Source: the human T2T-CHM13v2.0 reference genome, Homo sapiens. From it: a DNA stretch of 64,000 nt. Positions 29,155 to 43,495 of the stretch are shown here, piece after piece. The position numbers and the translations under genes were made by a program. The DNA is taken from NCBI RefSeq assembly GCF_009914755.1, contig NC_060936.1; one strand, 5' to 3'. Every line of letters starts with the position of its first letter. The stretch's first letter is position 1. Below the pieces are notes generated by a model that worked only from the letters and a program-made list of their open reading frames with translations, searched no databases and was not told where the DNA came from.

Positions 29155-32100
29155 AATAATGTGTTTTTATTATTGATCCTGTAATCTAAGACTTCTGTCT
29201 CACTAAAGTGTCCCACACTATAGTCAACCTGCCATAGACCTAACACATGTGTATCATGTGATCTGGTTCAGGAACGCAGTAGAGGTGGCCAACAGCTCCT
29301 TTGTCCAAATGAGGGTGTGAGGACAGTTCTTAGGGTGTCTTCTTCAGGGCTCCCTGAATGGTCACTTATAAAAGCTTACCAGTAGCTGCCTTTATCTTCC
29401 ATTCTTTGTTCCCAGGTCAATAGAAGGGACCAGAAAAGTTGTTAGGTTTTTTCATTTTCTTTCCTTCAGCTCTTTTCAATGGCACTCTCTCTAATAGTAG
29501 TTACTACTGATGACAAAAGCAGCAAAGACCATTCTGGAAATGTGTTCTAACTTCTACTCTTTGCCGCAATTCAGGCAGACTGGGAAGAGACGGAGTCTCT
29601 ACACTGGCCCAGGGTACAGTGGTGGGGAACAGAAAGCAGGGCAAACTAGCTAGATCTGTTGCTCAGCCATGCTGTTGTTACAGGGAGATGATGAGGTTCT
29701 GGAAGGAGACTTGGCCTCTTTGGCAGAAAAAGAGGCAGCACAGGCAGCCAGGGAAAGGGCAGTAAGATTCCAGCAGAGGAGATGAGAGGGCTCCCTCTAT
29801 GACATGGCTTGGCAATGCCTCCAGGGCTTTGTGACACTTGTCAAAGCCTAATGTGTGCTGTATTAATTATTTTCTCTATGAAACAAACATGACACCTTCC
29901 TGTTTTAATACTTGTAACACATCACTATATACAGACTTCTTGTATTTCCTCTTTGATCAGTGATACAGAATGTTTTAATTTTCATGTGAGAAGATTTCAT
30001 TTTTTTTCTGGGCATCTCCTTCCTTGGCATTGGAAATACATATGAGCATTTTCTGTTTTGCAAACTCTGGCCTCAAGTCATCACCAATACAGCAAAGAGA
30101 CTTTTTGCCATGATTCACCATCTACACAAATGGCCTGGTTGCTATAGAAACATATGTATTACAAAGGGGGCAGCAAATGGTGGCACAGGATAAAGACATA
30201 AATAAAGCAGTGGAAATAAACCATGGTATACTAAGAGTGGCAATAAAACTTTTATTATCAGTTATTTGGGAAGACCTTTACATCTAATGTGACCATACCA
30301 AACCTATGCAATAAAAGAAAAGAAAAAAATCCTCACTTAAAAAAAACAAAAAAACCTTTGCAATGCTATCATTTTTTCAGGTCTTTTTGAAGTGTGAATA
30401 AAAGTTCATAGCATTTTGGAATTTATGGTTTGAATAAAATACAAAATGTGTGATCTCCTGAGACACATTTATAAACATTCTGGTATGTTTATTGTGAGTG
30501 GTGCTCTAGTGGCCAATGTCTACAGCAAACACAAACAACTAGAAATGTATTGAAATAGGTATTTCTACCATGTTGAAGAATAATGTCCTGATTCAAGAGA
30601 GAATTTATGCGTTGGTTATGCATATCAGTGACAGCGCTGCCTCAGCTTTGTTTCCTACTACAAAATTTAAGATATGAAAATATCAACCTGAGATAGCCAA
30701 ACATCATTTGTTTGTATTCACTAATGTCCCTAATCAACACAGCAAGTCTTACCTAACACAAACAAATACTAGCCTTTGAAGCAGAAGTATGAACACTAAT
30801 GAATTCATTTTAATTGCTCTTCCCTGCTGAGTGCTGTTAGCCTGTTTTTGTCACTGAGGAGTACTACACACAAAGCCATTATCTGTTAAAAAAATTCATA
30901 CACAAATACCCACCACAAACCCTGAAGGCATTACATAGAAGACTAAAGATCTACGTATTATGCCAAAATGTACCCCTCGTTAAAAAGATTGAACTTTGAG
31001 AGCACTGTCAAGAGATTTTCTCATGTGACAATTCATATTTAGGCCGATGACAGTTAACACAAACTATTCAAAATAGCTAACAATTAAATTGTGCTTACTA
31101 TTTACCAGGTGTTGTTCTAAACACATATACACATGCAATCTCATGTAATCTCAATTACCCAATGAAGTAATTCTTCCTATTTTCAGTCAAGGCATACCTC
31201 ATGCAGTCTTCACAATTACCCAATGAAGTGATTTTCCCTATTTTCAGTTGAGGCATAGAGAGTTTACAGAAGTTGCTCAGGGTCCTACAGCTAGAAGGTA
31301 ATGATGCTGGGATGGAACCCAGGTAGCCTGGTTCCAGAGTCTAGGCTTATAACCAGTTCACTGTATTGCATTCAACTAGTTTCTTCCAAGAGTAAATAAT
31401 TTACTCTAGTGTCAGCTAAAAAACACATGGGACTCCAGGAGTACTTTGTTCTCATTTTGACTAAACTCAATCTTCCACTTTCCTAATTTCATTTTTACTA
31501 TCATTTTCATATACCAAAGATGACAAATCTCCTTATATGTAAAAGTATGTGCAAGTCTAAATCATGTACAAACCACAGTGGTGACCCTGTCTTATGCAAT
31601 GGAGTTCACTGTAGGGAAAGCTTCAGTTTCCTGTATCATGAAGAAACTAGCTCCCAGTGTGGGTGATAGCTGGTCTTGGGCACTTAGGGTGGCCCTGGTG
31701 AGACTGGAGAGAGATCCTCCTGGGGAGATGAATCTCTTGCAAACAAGCTGAAAAGCCAGTAAGTCCATAACAGCTGTGAAGTATCTGGCTTTGGTTTTAT
31801 TTAAGTAACTTAAGGATGTTCCTTATTTTTATTCCCATGGTGAGCACAGGAAGAGATCCCATCTTCTTTAAATTTCTCTGTTTAAATCATAATCATGGCC
31901 ATCAAAAGGGATACATGACAAGAAACAGACTCTCTAGACTATGATTAGGTCTAGTTAGAAAGGTCAGTGTTCTCTTCTTCCACAAGTTATATGATCATGA
32001 TAAGAGAGAATGATCTTCCCCAATAGAAACGATAAATGTAGGAGTGATTTATATTTCTTTCTTTTTAAGGCATTCAATCACCTTTTTTACCCCTCTATTC

Positions 32101-32884
32101 AGACAACCAGCTATCCCAAAGCAAGTAGCCAACTATATCTTCCTAGTTTTGCTTAGTCTATATCGTGTTTGGCTGTCCAGATCATTTTTACAAGAATCAT
32201 GGTTGAAATTCCTAGACTTTAGGATGCTTATTGTAAAGCTGAGCATCCTTCCAATCTTCCTTAGGCTGGAGTGGACAGTAAGAAGTGTATGTTAGATCAC
32301 TGATTACCAGTGGGGTAGGCTTCTGGAAAAAGTATTGGAGTCTTGGGGAATGAGATATAGTTTAAAAGGGAATGTTCATATTTATCATTGTTTTGGGGAG
32401 GAGGGTAACAAAATATAATTTAGTATAAAATTTATGACAACATTAAATGAATGCATGAGAATCTTATATTTATCAAAAGGGGAGCATCGTTTTCACAAAA
32501 TTTCTTTAGAATGAGTAAGAAACTAAGAACAAAGGTTTCATGTCCAAAGCCACCCAGAATATAATAAAAGGAGTCTTAAAGGAAAAATCATATCTTTGGG
32601 TATGTTATGACATCAAAAGAGCAAGAAAAATCTCAAATCTCAAATAAAAAGTTGTAGGCAAAGGTAGTATGAATGAATTCAGTCTGAAGTTAAATTGGGG
32701 TGCAGTCATTGCCAAACAGATACTGGGTATCGTGTCAACGGTCTTTGGCACAGAGCTGTTAGCTGCTCAGCATCTACCTGATCACTTAAGCAACTGTGAA
32801 ACACTCTTCCCACAATTTCGGTATTTTCAAGGCTCCATTGCCCACAGGTTTTTTCCAGGCCAAATGCCATTGGCTGTCATTTCA

Positions 32885-33079
<195 letters not shown>

Positions 33080-33667
33080 TCAGGTGAGGTGTGAGCCCGC
33101 CACACTTGTCAACCAGTAACAATCCAGAAAGACACACATGATGCATAGCAATGGCTAGGAAGGACCCCAGCCAGCTAGAGGCCAGCTCTCAGGAGCATGA
33201 GACAATGCTTTACAAGAGCCTACAAATGCTGAGGGGCAGCAGGATCTTTATAAGCTCATAGGAACACAAAGAGACTCTGTGAGAATTGCTTTAAACAAAC
33301 AAAAGAACAACTTTGTCCATGAACAACTCAATGCATCAGATACATAATCTCATTTTCATATTTTCTGACATGAATTTCATAAGTGATTCCACATATACAA
33401 AGAAGACCTGAGAACATTGTCTCTGTATAATATTCTGAATTGTTACTTCCTGAGCCACATATAAAGCATTCTGAACATTTACATCCTTTCCTAACAACAA
33501 ATGCTTTCTGATGGAAAAGAAAAAAACCTAGGAGATGTCAGAAATGATAAATTGCTACTATAAGAAACAGAAAAAACAACATCCATGAAGCCAAAGATGA
33601 GAAAAGGAGAGTGTGAGAAAAATATAATTGAAATAAAAGACCAGGAGGAGAAAGCATGGAACATTAC

Positions 33668-33823
33668 GAGGGCTGTTTGGAGGAGGTGCTTTCGGGAATG
33701 TCAGGGCTGGTACTCTGCAATGGTCAGGGTGGTACGTGTTATAGTGATGGTTGGTGTGAAGGCTGCTGTGGTTGCTGGCCCAGGAATCCCAGGTAAGTTG
33801 CCTGTCGCTCCTCTGAATTTTCA
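33668..33823 (-). CDS. GRIP1: GRIP1 coding exon, 156 nt, symmetric phase 1-1 (likely cassette; His-rich linker)
   Basis: Acceptor catatgggcag|TG and donor C|gtaatg. Encodes VKIQRSDRQLTWDSWASNHSSLHTNHHYNTYHPDHCRVPALTFPKAPPPNSP, 52 codons, matching the GRIP1 long-isoform linker as I recall it. Confidence 0.93.
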
Positions 33824-34750
33824 CTGCCCATATGAAGTGATGATGAAAAATAAGAAAAACAAACGAACAAACAAAGAACCAAAAAAGAGGAAAAATAACT
33901 GAATTGCCCAAATTAAAAGTATAACAAAAAAGAAAGCTGCTTGCAAATAAAAACAAATCTACTTGGCTTTGCCCTTTTCTCAGTGGTCAGCAAAATAGAT
34001 GATTAACATAAAGGATGTAAACTTTTCATCTTCCCAAGAATAATGCATATCTTTCCTCAGCTCGTTTTTTCTTCTTTTAAGATGACTATTGAATCAATTT
34101 CTAATCTCCCTCAGTGCTTTGCAGCTGAGATTAAGAACATTTTTTTTAACTTAAAAGTCAGCCCCTCAAAGATCTATGGCACACAATTAGTAATTAAAGA
34201 TTTGCAAATCTTGGCCAGTTAGTAGCACTTGTTTTGAGAAAAAGAAAAGAAAGAGCAATAAATCACGTTGGTGCATGATTCAAGTGGTTTACTAGTCACA
34301 CATCAGAATTTACTGCTCTGACATTTTAATTGCACTACAATCCATCACTTGGACTTGATTTTCCTCAACAATAAACCACTCTAATCATCTATCAGTATCA
34401 GAATCTTATCTGTATCTCGACTAATAAGGAGAAGATAAAAGTCTCTATATTTTATGATTTTTTGAAAAAGCATATTTACATTAGAAATAATTATTAAAAT
34501 ATTTCACGTTTTTATATTTCCTTGATGCCATAAAATTTTAATAAAGTTTATTTCAAACTTTATTAAAATTTCAAATTGCCGTCCCTTTTATGTTTTAGAA
34601 AATCTTTATCATGTTTCCATTCTAGCTTCAATATTAAGATTTGATATTCCACCCAGTGTTCTGAAATATGAGCAATATAATGTTTGTTATTATGTCTGAT
34701 ATGAAGTTTTTCATTTAATAATCTTAAAGAACTCAAAATAACATATGAAC

Positions 34751-35037
34751 TTATTTTATTTTTCTAGAGATGGGGTCTTGCTGTGTCACCCAGGCTGGAG
34801 TGCAGTGGTGTGATCATAGCTCACTGTAATCTTGAATTCCTGGGTTCAGGCAATCCTCCCGCCTCAGCCTCCTGAGTAGCTGGCACTACAGGCCCACGCC
34901 ACCACACCCAGCTAATTTTTTATTATTTTATTTGTGTAGAAATGAGGGTCTGCCTATGTTGCCCAAGCTGGTCTCAAGTGATCCTTCTACCTCAGCCCTG
35001 AGTTGTTGGGATTAAGGCATGAGCCACCATGCCTGAC
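34751..35037 (-). mobile_element. Alu (AluJ-like)
   Basis: Reverse Alu flanked by the direct repeat aacatatgaa. Confidence 0.88.
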
Positions 35038-35868
35038 TTAACATATGAATTTATATCTCCTTCTACTTTCATGATTTTGGTGTTAGGTGTCTTACAAGTG
35101 AATATGTAGAGAGGTGAAATACTCTATGCATTGAAAGGACAGTCGTTTAGATAAGAACTTAAGTTACATCAACTGTGATGCCAGCTGAATTGGTCAATTC
35201 GCATCCTTTCTAGAATGAAACAGGACATGAAAAAAAAAGCACTAGCACGGACAGATCACTGCGGGGTGAAGCAGACCTGGGTTTCAGCTCTGCCTCCAGC
35301 CCTTCCTCTTTGTATGACCTTGGCCAGCTACTCAGCCACTCTAAACCTGAATTTCCTCATACGTCAAATGGAGATCATGAAATCATCTACCTCACAGGGA
35401 TATTGAGAATTAGGCAAATACGGTGCTTAGCATGGTGCTGGCACACAGAATAAAAACAAATGAGTTTAGAGTATATTGATTTGTCTACTTTTCCATTTAC
35501 GTGCCAACAATAAAGTATCTTTTAAAGGAAATAAATTTATTTTTCACTCAACAAATTTCACTCGTTGGACATTTAAGTTTAGAGAATTTCTCAGAAATCT
35601 GCAGCAGAAACTTTCATAGCCACTATAATTTTGTTACCCTAAACCATCTGGTCTGCTCCTTCTACTCAACTGCCCTGTTTGTGGTTTGGATTCCCCCTCT
35701 CTCTCCACTTTCCTACTTCAAGCTGCCACCTCCTTCATCTAGGCCACTGTAACACCTTCAGACATGGCTTCCCAACTCATCTCCTGCATACCTACCTTCC
35801 ACAACATAGCTAGGGTGGCCTTCTAAATATATAAGTTAGATCATGCCACTCCTGTTTGAATAGGTTAC

Positions 35869-36169
<301 letters not shown>

Positions 36170-39100
36170 TAGCTAACTATTACAAAGAGAATCAAAGGCA
36201 GCCCCTGCCTATCTCTCTAGTTTCATCCATATCACTCTACCCATCATTTGTATATTTTAGCCACACTGATCTTATGTCTACTCTTAGAACAAGTCAGGTT
36301 CCTTCCTGCCTCAAGGCCTTTGCACTTGCTGTTCTTTCCCCAGTTGTTTGTATGACTGCCTCCTTCTCATCATTCAGGTCTCACCCGAGGTGCCACCTCC
36401 TCAGAGAAGTTGTTGCTGATCTCCCTGGCTGAAGGAGCTGCCCTCCCCATGCTATCTCATTACTGTTTTACATTCTTCATGGTACTTATTGCTGTCTGAA
36501 ACAGCTTTATTTATTTAATATATTTTTAATGTTTGTCTGTCTGTACTAGAATGTGAATTCTATAAGAGTAGGGATATACTTTGCCTGTCTTGCTCACTAA
36601 ATATATCCTAGCAACTAGAACAGTGCCTGGTATATAATGACTAATACATGAATGAATGAATAAACAAATGCATGAATGAACGGGAATATCAGCCAGAGTG
36701 TCCATGTGAACACTGCAGCAGCATTTTCCTTGAGACAAAAGAGTATTTATTGCAGGAGATGTCCCTAATGGATTCTCTCTCACCATCCTCATTCTACTTT
36801 GGGTGTACAAGAAGACATTTCAGCAAGACGCAGTTATTACTGTGTTTGGCCAATTTACAACCACCGACACTTTAGCGTACTTTTCACAAAGTACCATCTG
36901 TGTTTCAAATGAAGCCAGGGTACGGTGAATGCACTTCGGGATTCTACACCCACCTTTTGACCCGCTTCTTCATTGAGAGCTTTGAAAATTACTGGGCATT
37001 TGTTAGGACTGTACAGCACAATTAATAAGTCAATAAGGAAGATATTATTTACCAGCTATTGCTTTCTCAGACTGTGCCAATTGCTACAGGCAGGTTAAAG
37101 GTCATACCATTTACCTTGACTTTGAATTACTACTGGGGATTAAATCTTCATACATATAAAATAATTAAGAGACAAAAATGATATAAGATAATGCACAAAA
37201 CTGTATGCCATGGATGATGAATGCAAAAGGTGTTGAACAAATAATGTAGGCCAGAGAAGAGAGCTGCTGCCTATTTTGAATGTACACTCCAAATGTTTTC
37301 TGTTTTACAGTGGTGTACTTGATAGGCAAGTATTTCCAAAGTTTAATAATAAGATGTTACATTTTTGGCATGTCCTGTCATTTTGCAAAGAGCACTTATA
37401 GACATTCTCTCATTTAATAAAGCCAATAATTGTAGCCTACTTTCACTGATTACTTATTATATACTAGGCACTGTGCTAGGTGCTTTTTCATGGATTAGCT
37501 CAGACAATGTTCACAATATTCCTTTGAGGCAAGTATTATTATGACCCCCATTTTACAGATGAAGCAACTGAGGTATAGAAAAGTTGGGTAACTTGCTTAA
37601 GACCCCACGTGGTGGAGTCAGAGGTGAAGCTCTGGACACGTGATCCTAAAGTCCCCGCTTCAACCACCAGACATACCGCCTCTTCCTATGGGTATGTCTA
37701 AGTCCCTTGTTATGGATAAGAAAACAACACATTTAAAATATTATGGTTCTTGTATCATTCCATGGTGACGTCACTACTGCAGTCTCAAGAGATATATGGC
37801 CACAGAAGTTACTTTTCTTTCTTCTTTCTCTAATTGCAGCCTCTTACTCTGTTCAGGATGTTCGAGAGAGCAGACCACAGTGGTTCCAGGTTGCCCTGGA
37901 GCTCTCAAATGGAAGGTCCTCCTGGTACTGAATGTGTCGAGTCTAGTGACTCTGGTCACATTTTCCTTTCCAAAACGTCAGTTTCCTTCAATCCAATTAT
38001 GTCTCCTGAAAACCCTCAGTGGGAAAAATTTCTAACCTCACTGAAAACTCATTTCTGTCAGCTTCTTTAATGCTGCTATTTATCAGTGAAAGGCATAGCT
38101 AATCTCTTATCCCAAGTTGAGATATTCATTTCCACACTGGCCTGAAAACTCTGTGGTATATGCTTTACTGCTAACACAATCTGGAAATTTGGGAAGTGTG
38201 TTGAGAGACACACTGTTCAGGCATCAGAGATCTTGAAAAAACAATCAGAACTTTCTTGTGGAGAAAGGGTAAAACTATGTAAAACTCCACTAGTCAAAAA
38301 TTTGAGAATTGTAAACACAATAATAATTTTTTGTTTGTTTTTCTTCTTTACTATGATTTAATTATGTTTAGGAGCCAAAATTTATTTCCTCTTGGAAATC
38401 CAAGTCTGATTTTAATGTGCAATATAACGGAAACACCTGCTTGATAAGAAAGACAGTGAACAACTTTCAGTAAACGTAGACGATGGAGTCAGAAGTGGAA
38501 GCTAGAATTACTTAAACTTCCTATCAGTTTCCTATCCCTGCAACACAAACGACATCAGGTTTTCCACAATAAAGGCAAAAAATTTGTGCTTAGTCCATAT
38601 ATTTTAGTGTATAAATTAAACTCAAATTGCCTTGGCAGGTTAAAAAATTTAATATTCCATGAGTTGAAAACACTTGAATTATTTATGAATTGTATATAGG
38701 GCCAATTAAAGAAAAATAAAAGAGATTACTAAAGATGCTAACATTTTAAAAGGGTCTGGTATGCATTTCCGATTCGCTGATACCAGAATTTAGCAAGCAA
38801 AACCCCATGCTGAGAGAGCACTACACAGTGTACATTCTTATGGCTACTGTGCTCCAAATCCAATGATGACTGCCGATTAATTTAAAGAAACTTAAACAGC
38901 TTCAGAAATCTCTCCTCTCTGCCAGAGTGCAGGAAGGGCCCACGGGGCCTCCTGATAGGAATGGTGTGCATCCTTGTGAACGGCACCTTCCTACAGCTGT
39001 TTGCATTGCTATTCCAATACTGTGATGCTGATTTTCTTTTCATAACCTGCCTATGCTGCATCATTTCTCTACTCCAATGTGTAAAATTAAAATCTGATAA

Positions 39101-40047
39101 GGGTAATGTTGTACTAGAGATTTTCATTAGCTTCAGGGCTGTCTAAGCTCCATTTAATTAAAAAGGTTGCATCCAGCTGACTGATTTAGTATGAAAATTA
39201 TCTGGTCCCTCTTTCCCCCCGCCCCAGACTGTGGAGAAGTGTAGTGCATTTTAAAAGGTGGGAGACACAATACAAATGACCCCCTCATAAGCAAAATTTC
39301 AATTTCAGAGAAAACTGCACTGTGTCTAAATATACAGAAATGCATTATCCTCCTTCAGGCCACCCTGACAATACTAGTGAGGCCTCTAATTTCAAGGAGT
39401 ACAAAGGAATGGTGTTTGCTTTAAGGAATAGGGCAGGAGAGGGAGTCGGAACAAATATCCTACTGGAAAACTTGACTTCATTTGATTTGGGGCTCAAAGA
39501 CCCCTTTCTCATACCAGGTTTTGCCTAAAGGTGCCTAGGTAGATGGTATAAACACCCAGCAAATGTATCTGTGAATTTCAAGGGAGTCAAAATACAGATA
39601 CCTTCAGCTGACACTTTCTATTGAATAAATGGAGTTAAATATTCTGATTCTCCCAGACAAGATGTTTGCTCAGACAGGTTGTTCTCTATCCTAAGAAAAA
39701 AACTCCACTGGCAAAAGACATAATATATTGTAAACCAAGGCTTCATATAACTGGTTCCCTCTGATTCCTGCCAAATATTTGAAGGTTCTGCTATTAAAAT
39801 CCACTTTACTTATTTATTTTTAAGTGAGAGCTTTACTATTTGCCTTCATTGGCCTTCATCTAGGCTGGAAATTCAAAATGTATACCAGGAAGTCAAATTA
39901 TTTTCCTTGTCTGCACATTCAATTTGCACCAAAGACTTTTTTAAGAAAAAAATATCAAATAGCACTAGCCTGAAAATTTTTTCCTCGATGTTAGGGTTTC
40001 AAGCAAATTATGTGTGGCTTAGAAAAAAGACTTTGGAAGATGAATTA

Positions 40048-40335
<288 letters not shown>

Positions 40336-40404
40336 CTAACTCTGCTAGAGGGAGCAACACTGTGAGGGCCAGAGAAAGAGCTTGATCCAGGTGGACCATC
40401 TCAC

Positions 40405-40574
40405 CATGGTCGGGCCCCTTTAGGGCCAGCCGGGTCTGATGATGGGGAAGGATCTCAAGCTTGACCTGGTCAGTGGTGTTGGCCAGGAACTGGGTTGCTT
40501 CTGCAAGTGTACAGTACTCCATGCTGGTTCCATCGATGGAGAGGATGTGATCTCCCACATGCAATGCGCCACAT
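40405..40574 (-). CDS. GRIP1: GRIP1 coding exon, 170 nt (C-terminal half of PDZ3)
   Basis: Acceptor tttctcctttccgtag|A and donor G|gtgaga. Encodes [56 protein letters not shown] with the PDZ GD-x-I-x-x-I-D-G motif. Phase 2 to 1. Confidence 0.97.
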
Positions 40575-42297
40575 CTACGGAAAGGAGAAATACTCGGTAA
40601 GAGGCAGTGCCTTCCTCTTTGGAATCTGACTTTCATGTCCTTCATAGTTAAAATTTCACAGTTTTTCATTTACTTAAAATAAAAGAAAAGAAAAGTTTGA
40701 GTGTTATAGGAAACACCATCTGCCAAATTTTAAGTACCTTGAATATGAACAAGGAAGTAAAACCTTGTGGAAAATAGAGAAAAATTCAACGAAATGTTTT
40801 CTCTTGTCTTTCTTTAAAAAAAAAATCTTATTTTGGAGTGCTTGTGTGGAAAGTTGAGGGAAAGCGAGCAAGAGGAAAGGGAAAAACAGGAAAATGTTTC
40901 CCCTGGACTTTTGTCTGTGTTTTTTTGTTCTAGGCTTTTCTATCTATAAACATGAGTGGGTAAATCTTCAGAATCTCAAACATGACTCTCAGAATTGGAA
41001 TAGGGTCTATTTTATGTGTAAAGAAGAATAACTTGGGGAGATTTCAGTAATACTTCCTTGGAATCCTCACACAAACTCCAAGATCACCAGTTCTTTATTA
41101 TTATGTTATTCTGGAGTTGAACATGTATTAGTATAAAAGCTCTTGATAATGGTAGAAATTATGCAGGAGTCAAGTGAGTAATAAAACCAGGCCTGCATGG
41201 TGAGTCAAGGGGAAAGATGGGGGCAGGGAAGGGGCTAGCTGCTACATCTTGCTGAACTCAAGAGCTGGCTACTGGATGAGTTAAGAAAAGCTAGCGCAGT
41301 CGTCAGCATCCCCACATACCAGTCAAGTGAACAGCTCCTTAAACTGGTTACCCCCTGTGGAATGGGAAAAAACAGAGGGAGAAAATTAAAGCATCCTGTG
41401 CCATTGAACTGCACAACACCCCTGGATCAATGGCTGTCACTGATAAGGACTGAATGTTGGGTAAGACCACAATGGAGATGTAGACTGACCACTACGGGGG
41501 GTTGCTGCAGTTCACTGCACCATGGCTGGAGGTGGAAAGGCAGGTTGAGGGGCACGTGGAGAAGAGGGCTGGAAACATACAGGGGAGACTGGTCATTCAG
41601 GTGCAGTATATCTATAAATTCCCAGTGTGAATAGTCTACGTCTCAAGACAAAAGCATTTCAAGTCATATCTTCCAACTAAAAACATAATTCCACATTTTT
41701 TGCACTTGGAGTGCTTTAGCTATGGGAGATGAGGTTTTTCTTACCAGGAGCTGTAAAATAATTAATTAGATGGAAAGGTAGTCTTTTTTTATCTTCCCCT
41801 TTTACCTTACGAGTATAAAATATTAATTAGAAACATGAAATTTCATTTTTATTGTGGCATTGAAGCGAATGATGTTTTAAGACACCCTCGAAGGTTGTAA
41901 AATCCTAAGATTAACATGCTATGAGAGTATAGGACTTTTTAAAAGTATTGTAAAAAATATTTTAAAAAGTATTGTTTTATTTATTTAAGAAACAAAGAAA
42001 TCAGATTTTATGGTAGCAGGATTTAATTGTCAACAATTCAGGAAAACCCATCACTGCTCTGCATGGGGTTTAAGAAAGATCTACTCAGCTACCCTACATT
42101 AAGAACAGGCTAGTGCCCTAGGACACAGTAAGAAAACTTGCTTAGTTGCTTGATTTTTTTTTCTATTGCTAAAGGCCACACCAAACATCTGGATGACGTG
42201 AAGTGACATCATGGGGTGGCTGACACATAGGTGAATTTTTAAGCCCTGTAACAGTAACTTGCTTCTGTGTGTGAAACCTGTATAAACTGGCAAGAGA

Positions 42298-42380
42298 ACT
42301 GTGTGTGTGTGTGTGTGTATGTGTATATGCATGTGTATATGTGTATTACAAGTGTGTGTACATATGTATGTATATATATT
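42298..42380. repeat. (TG)n/(TA)n compound microsatellite
   Basis: Seen directly in the sequence. Confidence 0.85.
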
Positions 42381-42415
42381 TAAAATTGCACACATGCAAT
42401 TTTGTAAAGGGGCAC

Positions 42416-42725
<310 letters not shown>

Positions 42726-42754
42726 GGAAAAGTAGGCACTTTCTACAATACTTA

Positions 42755-43000
<246 letters not shown>

Positions 43001-43299
43001 TTAATTTTATCACTGAAACTTAGATTTCCCTCCATATAATATCCCCACAGCCAATAATAAATTCATAGGGCACCTCTTAACACACCTGTTCCATTCAGCT
43101 TGTATTGTGTTAATGTATGTGTAATGTTCATCTCTTCAATGAGATTTTAAGCTTCATGTCACTTGGGATAATATCTTATGTATCTTTATCCCCTCCACAG
43201 TGCTTGGCACAATGCCGAGCATATACTAGGTCTCTCAGTAAAGGTTTTTTAAATTAATTACTTAATTCAATAAATATCTTAGCACCTACCAGGAATAAA

Positions 43300-43495
43300 T
43301 AGACGGATGGATGAATGAATGGATGAAAGGATGGATATAAAAAAGAAAGGAAGGAAAGAAGAAAGAAAGGAAGGGAGGAAGGGAGGAAGAAAGAAAAGAA
43401 GGATGGATGGGTGGATAAATAAAAGAATGACAAGAGGGATGGGAGGATGAATGGATGGGTAGATAGATAATCAGAAGAATGGATGGATGGATGAT
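43300..43495. repeat. (GGAT)n/(GGAA)n purine-rich low-complexity repeat at an L2 3' end
   Basis: Seen directly in the sequence. Confidence 0.8.

Noticed and set aside
30160-30515. CTCF-like motifs (acaaagggggcagc; tggccactagagcac on -)
   Set aside because: Only half-site matches, with mismatches at core positions. Not supportable without ChIP data.
33790-33798. Perfect CAG|GTAAGT donor on the + strand inside the cassette exon
   Set aside because: It is antisense to GRIP1, explained by the codons for Q-L-T-W, and has no partner exon evidence.
38882-39127. 81-aa - strand ORF in unique-looking sequence between GRIP1 exons
   Set aside because: No convincing in-phase splice sites and no recognisable domain. 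Length is within random expectation.
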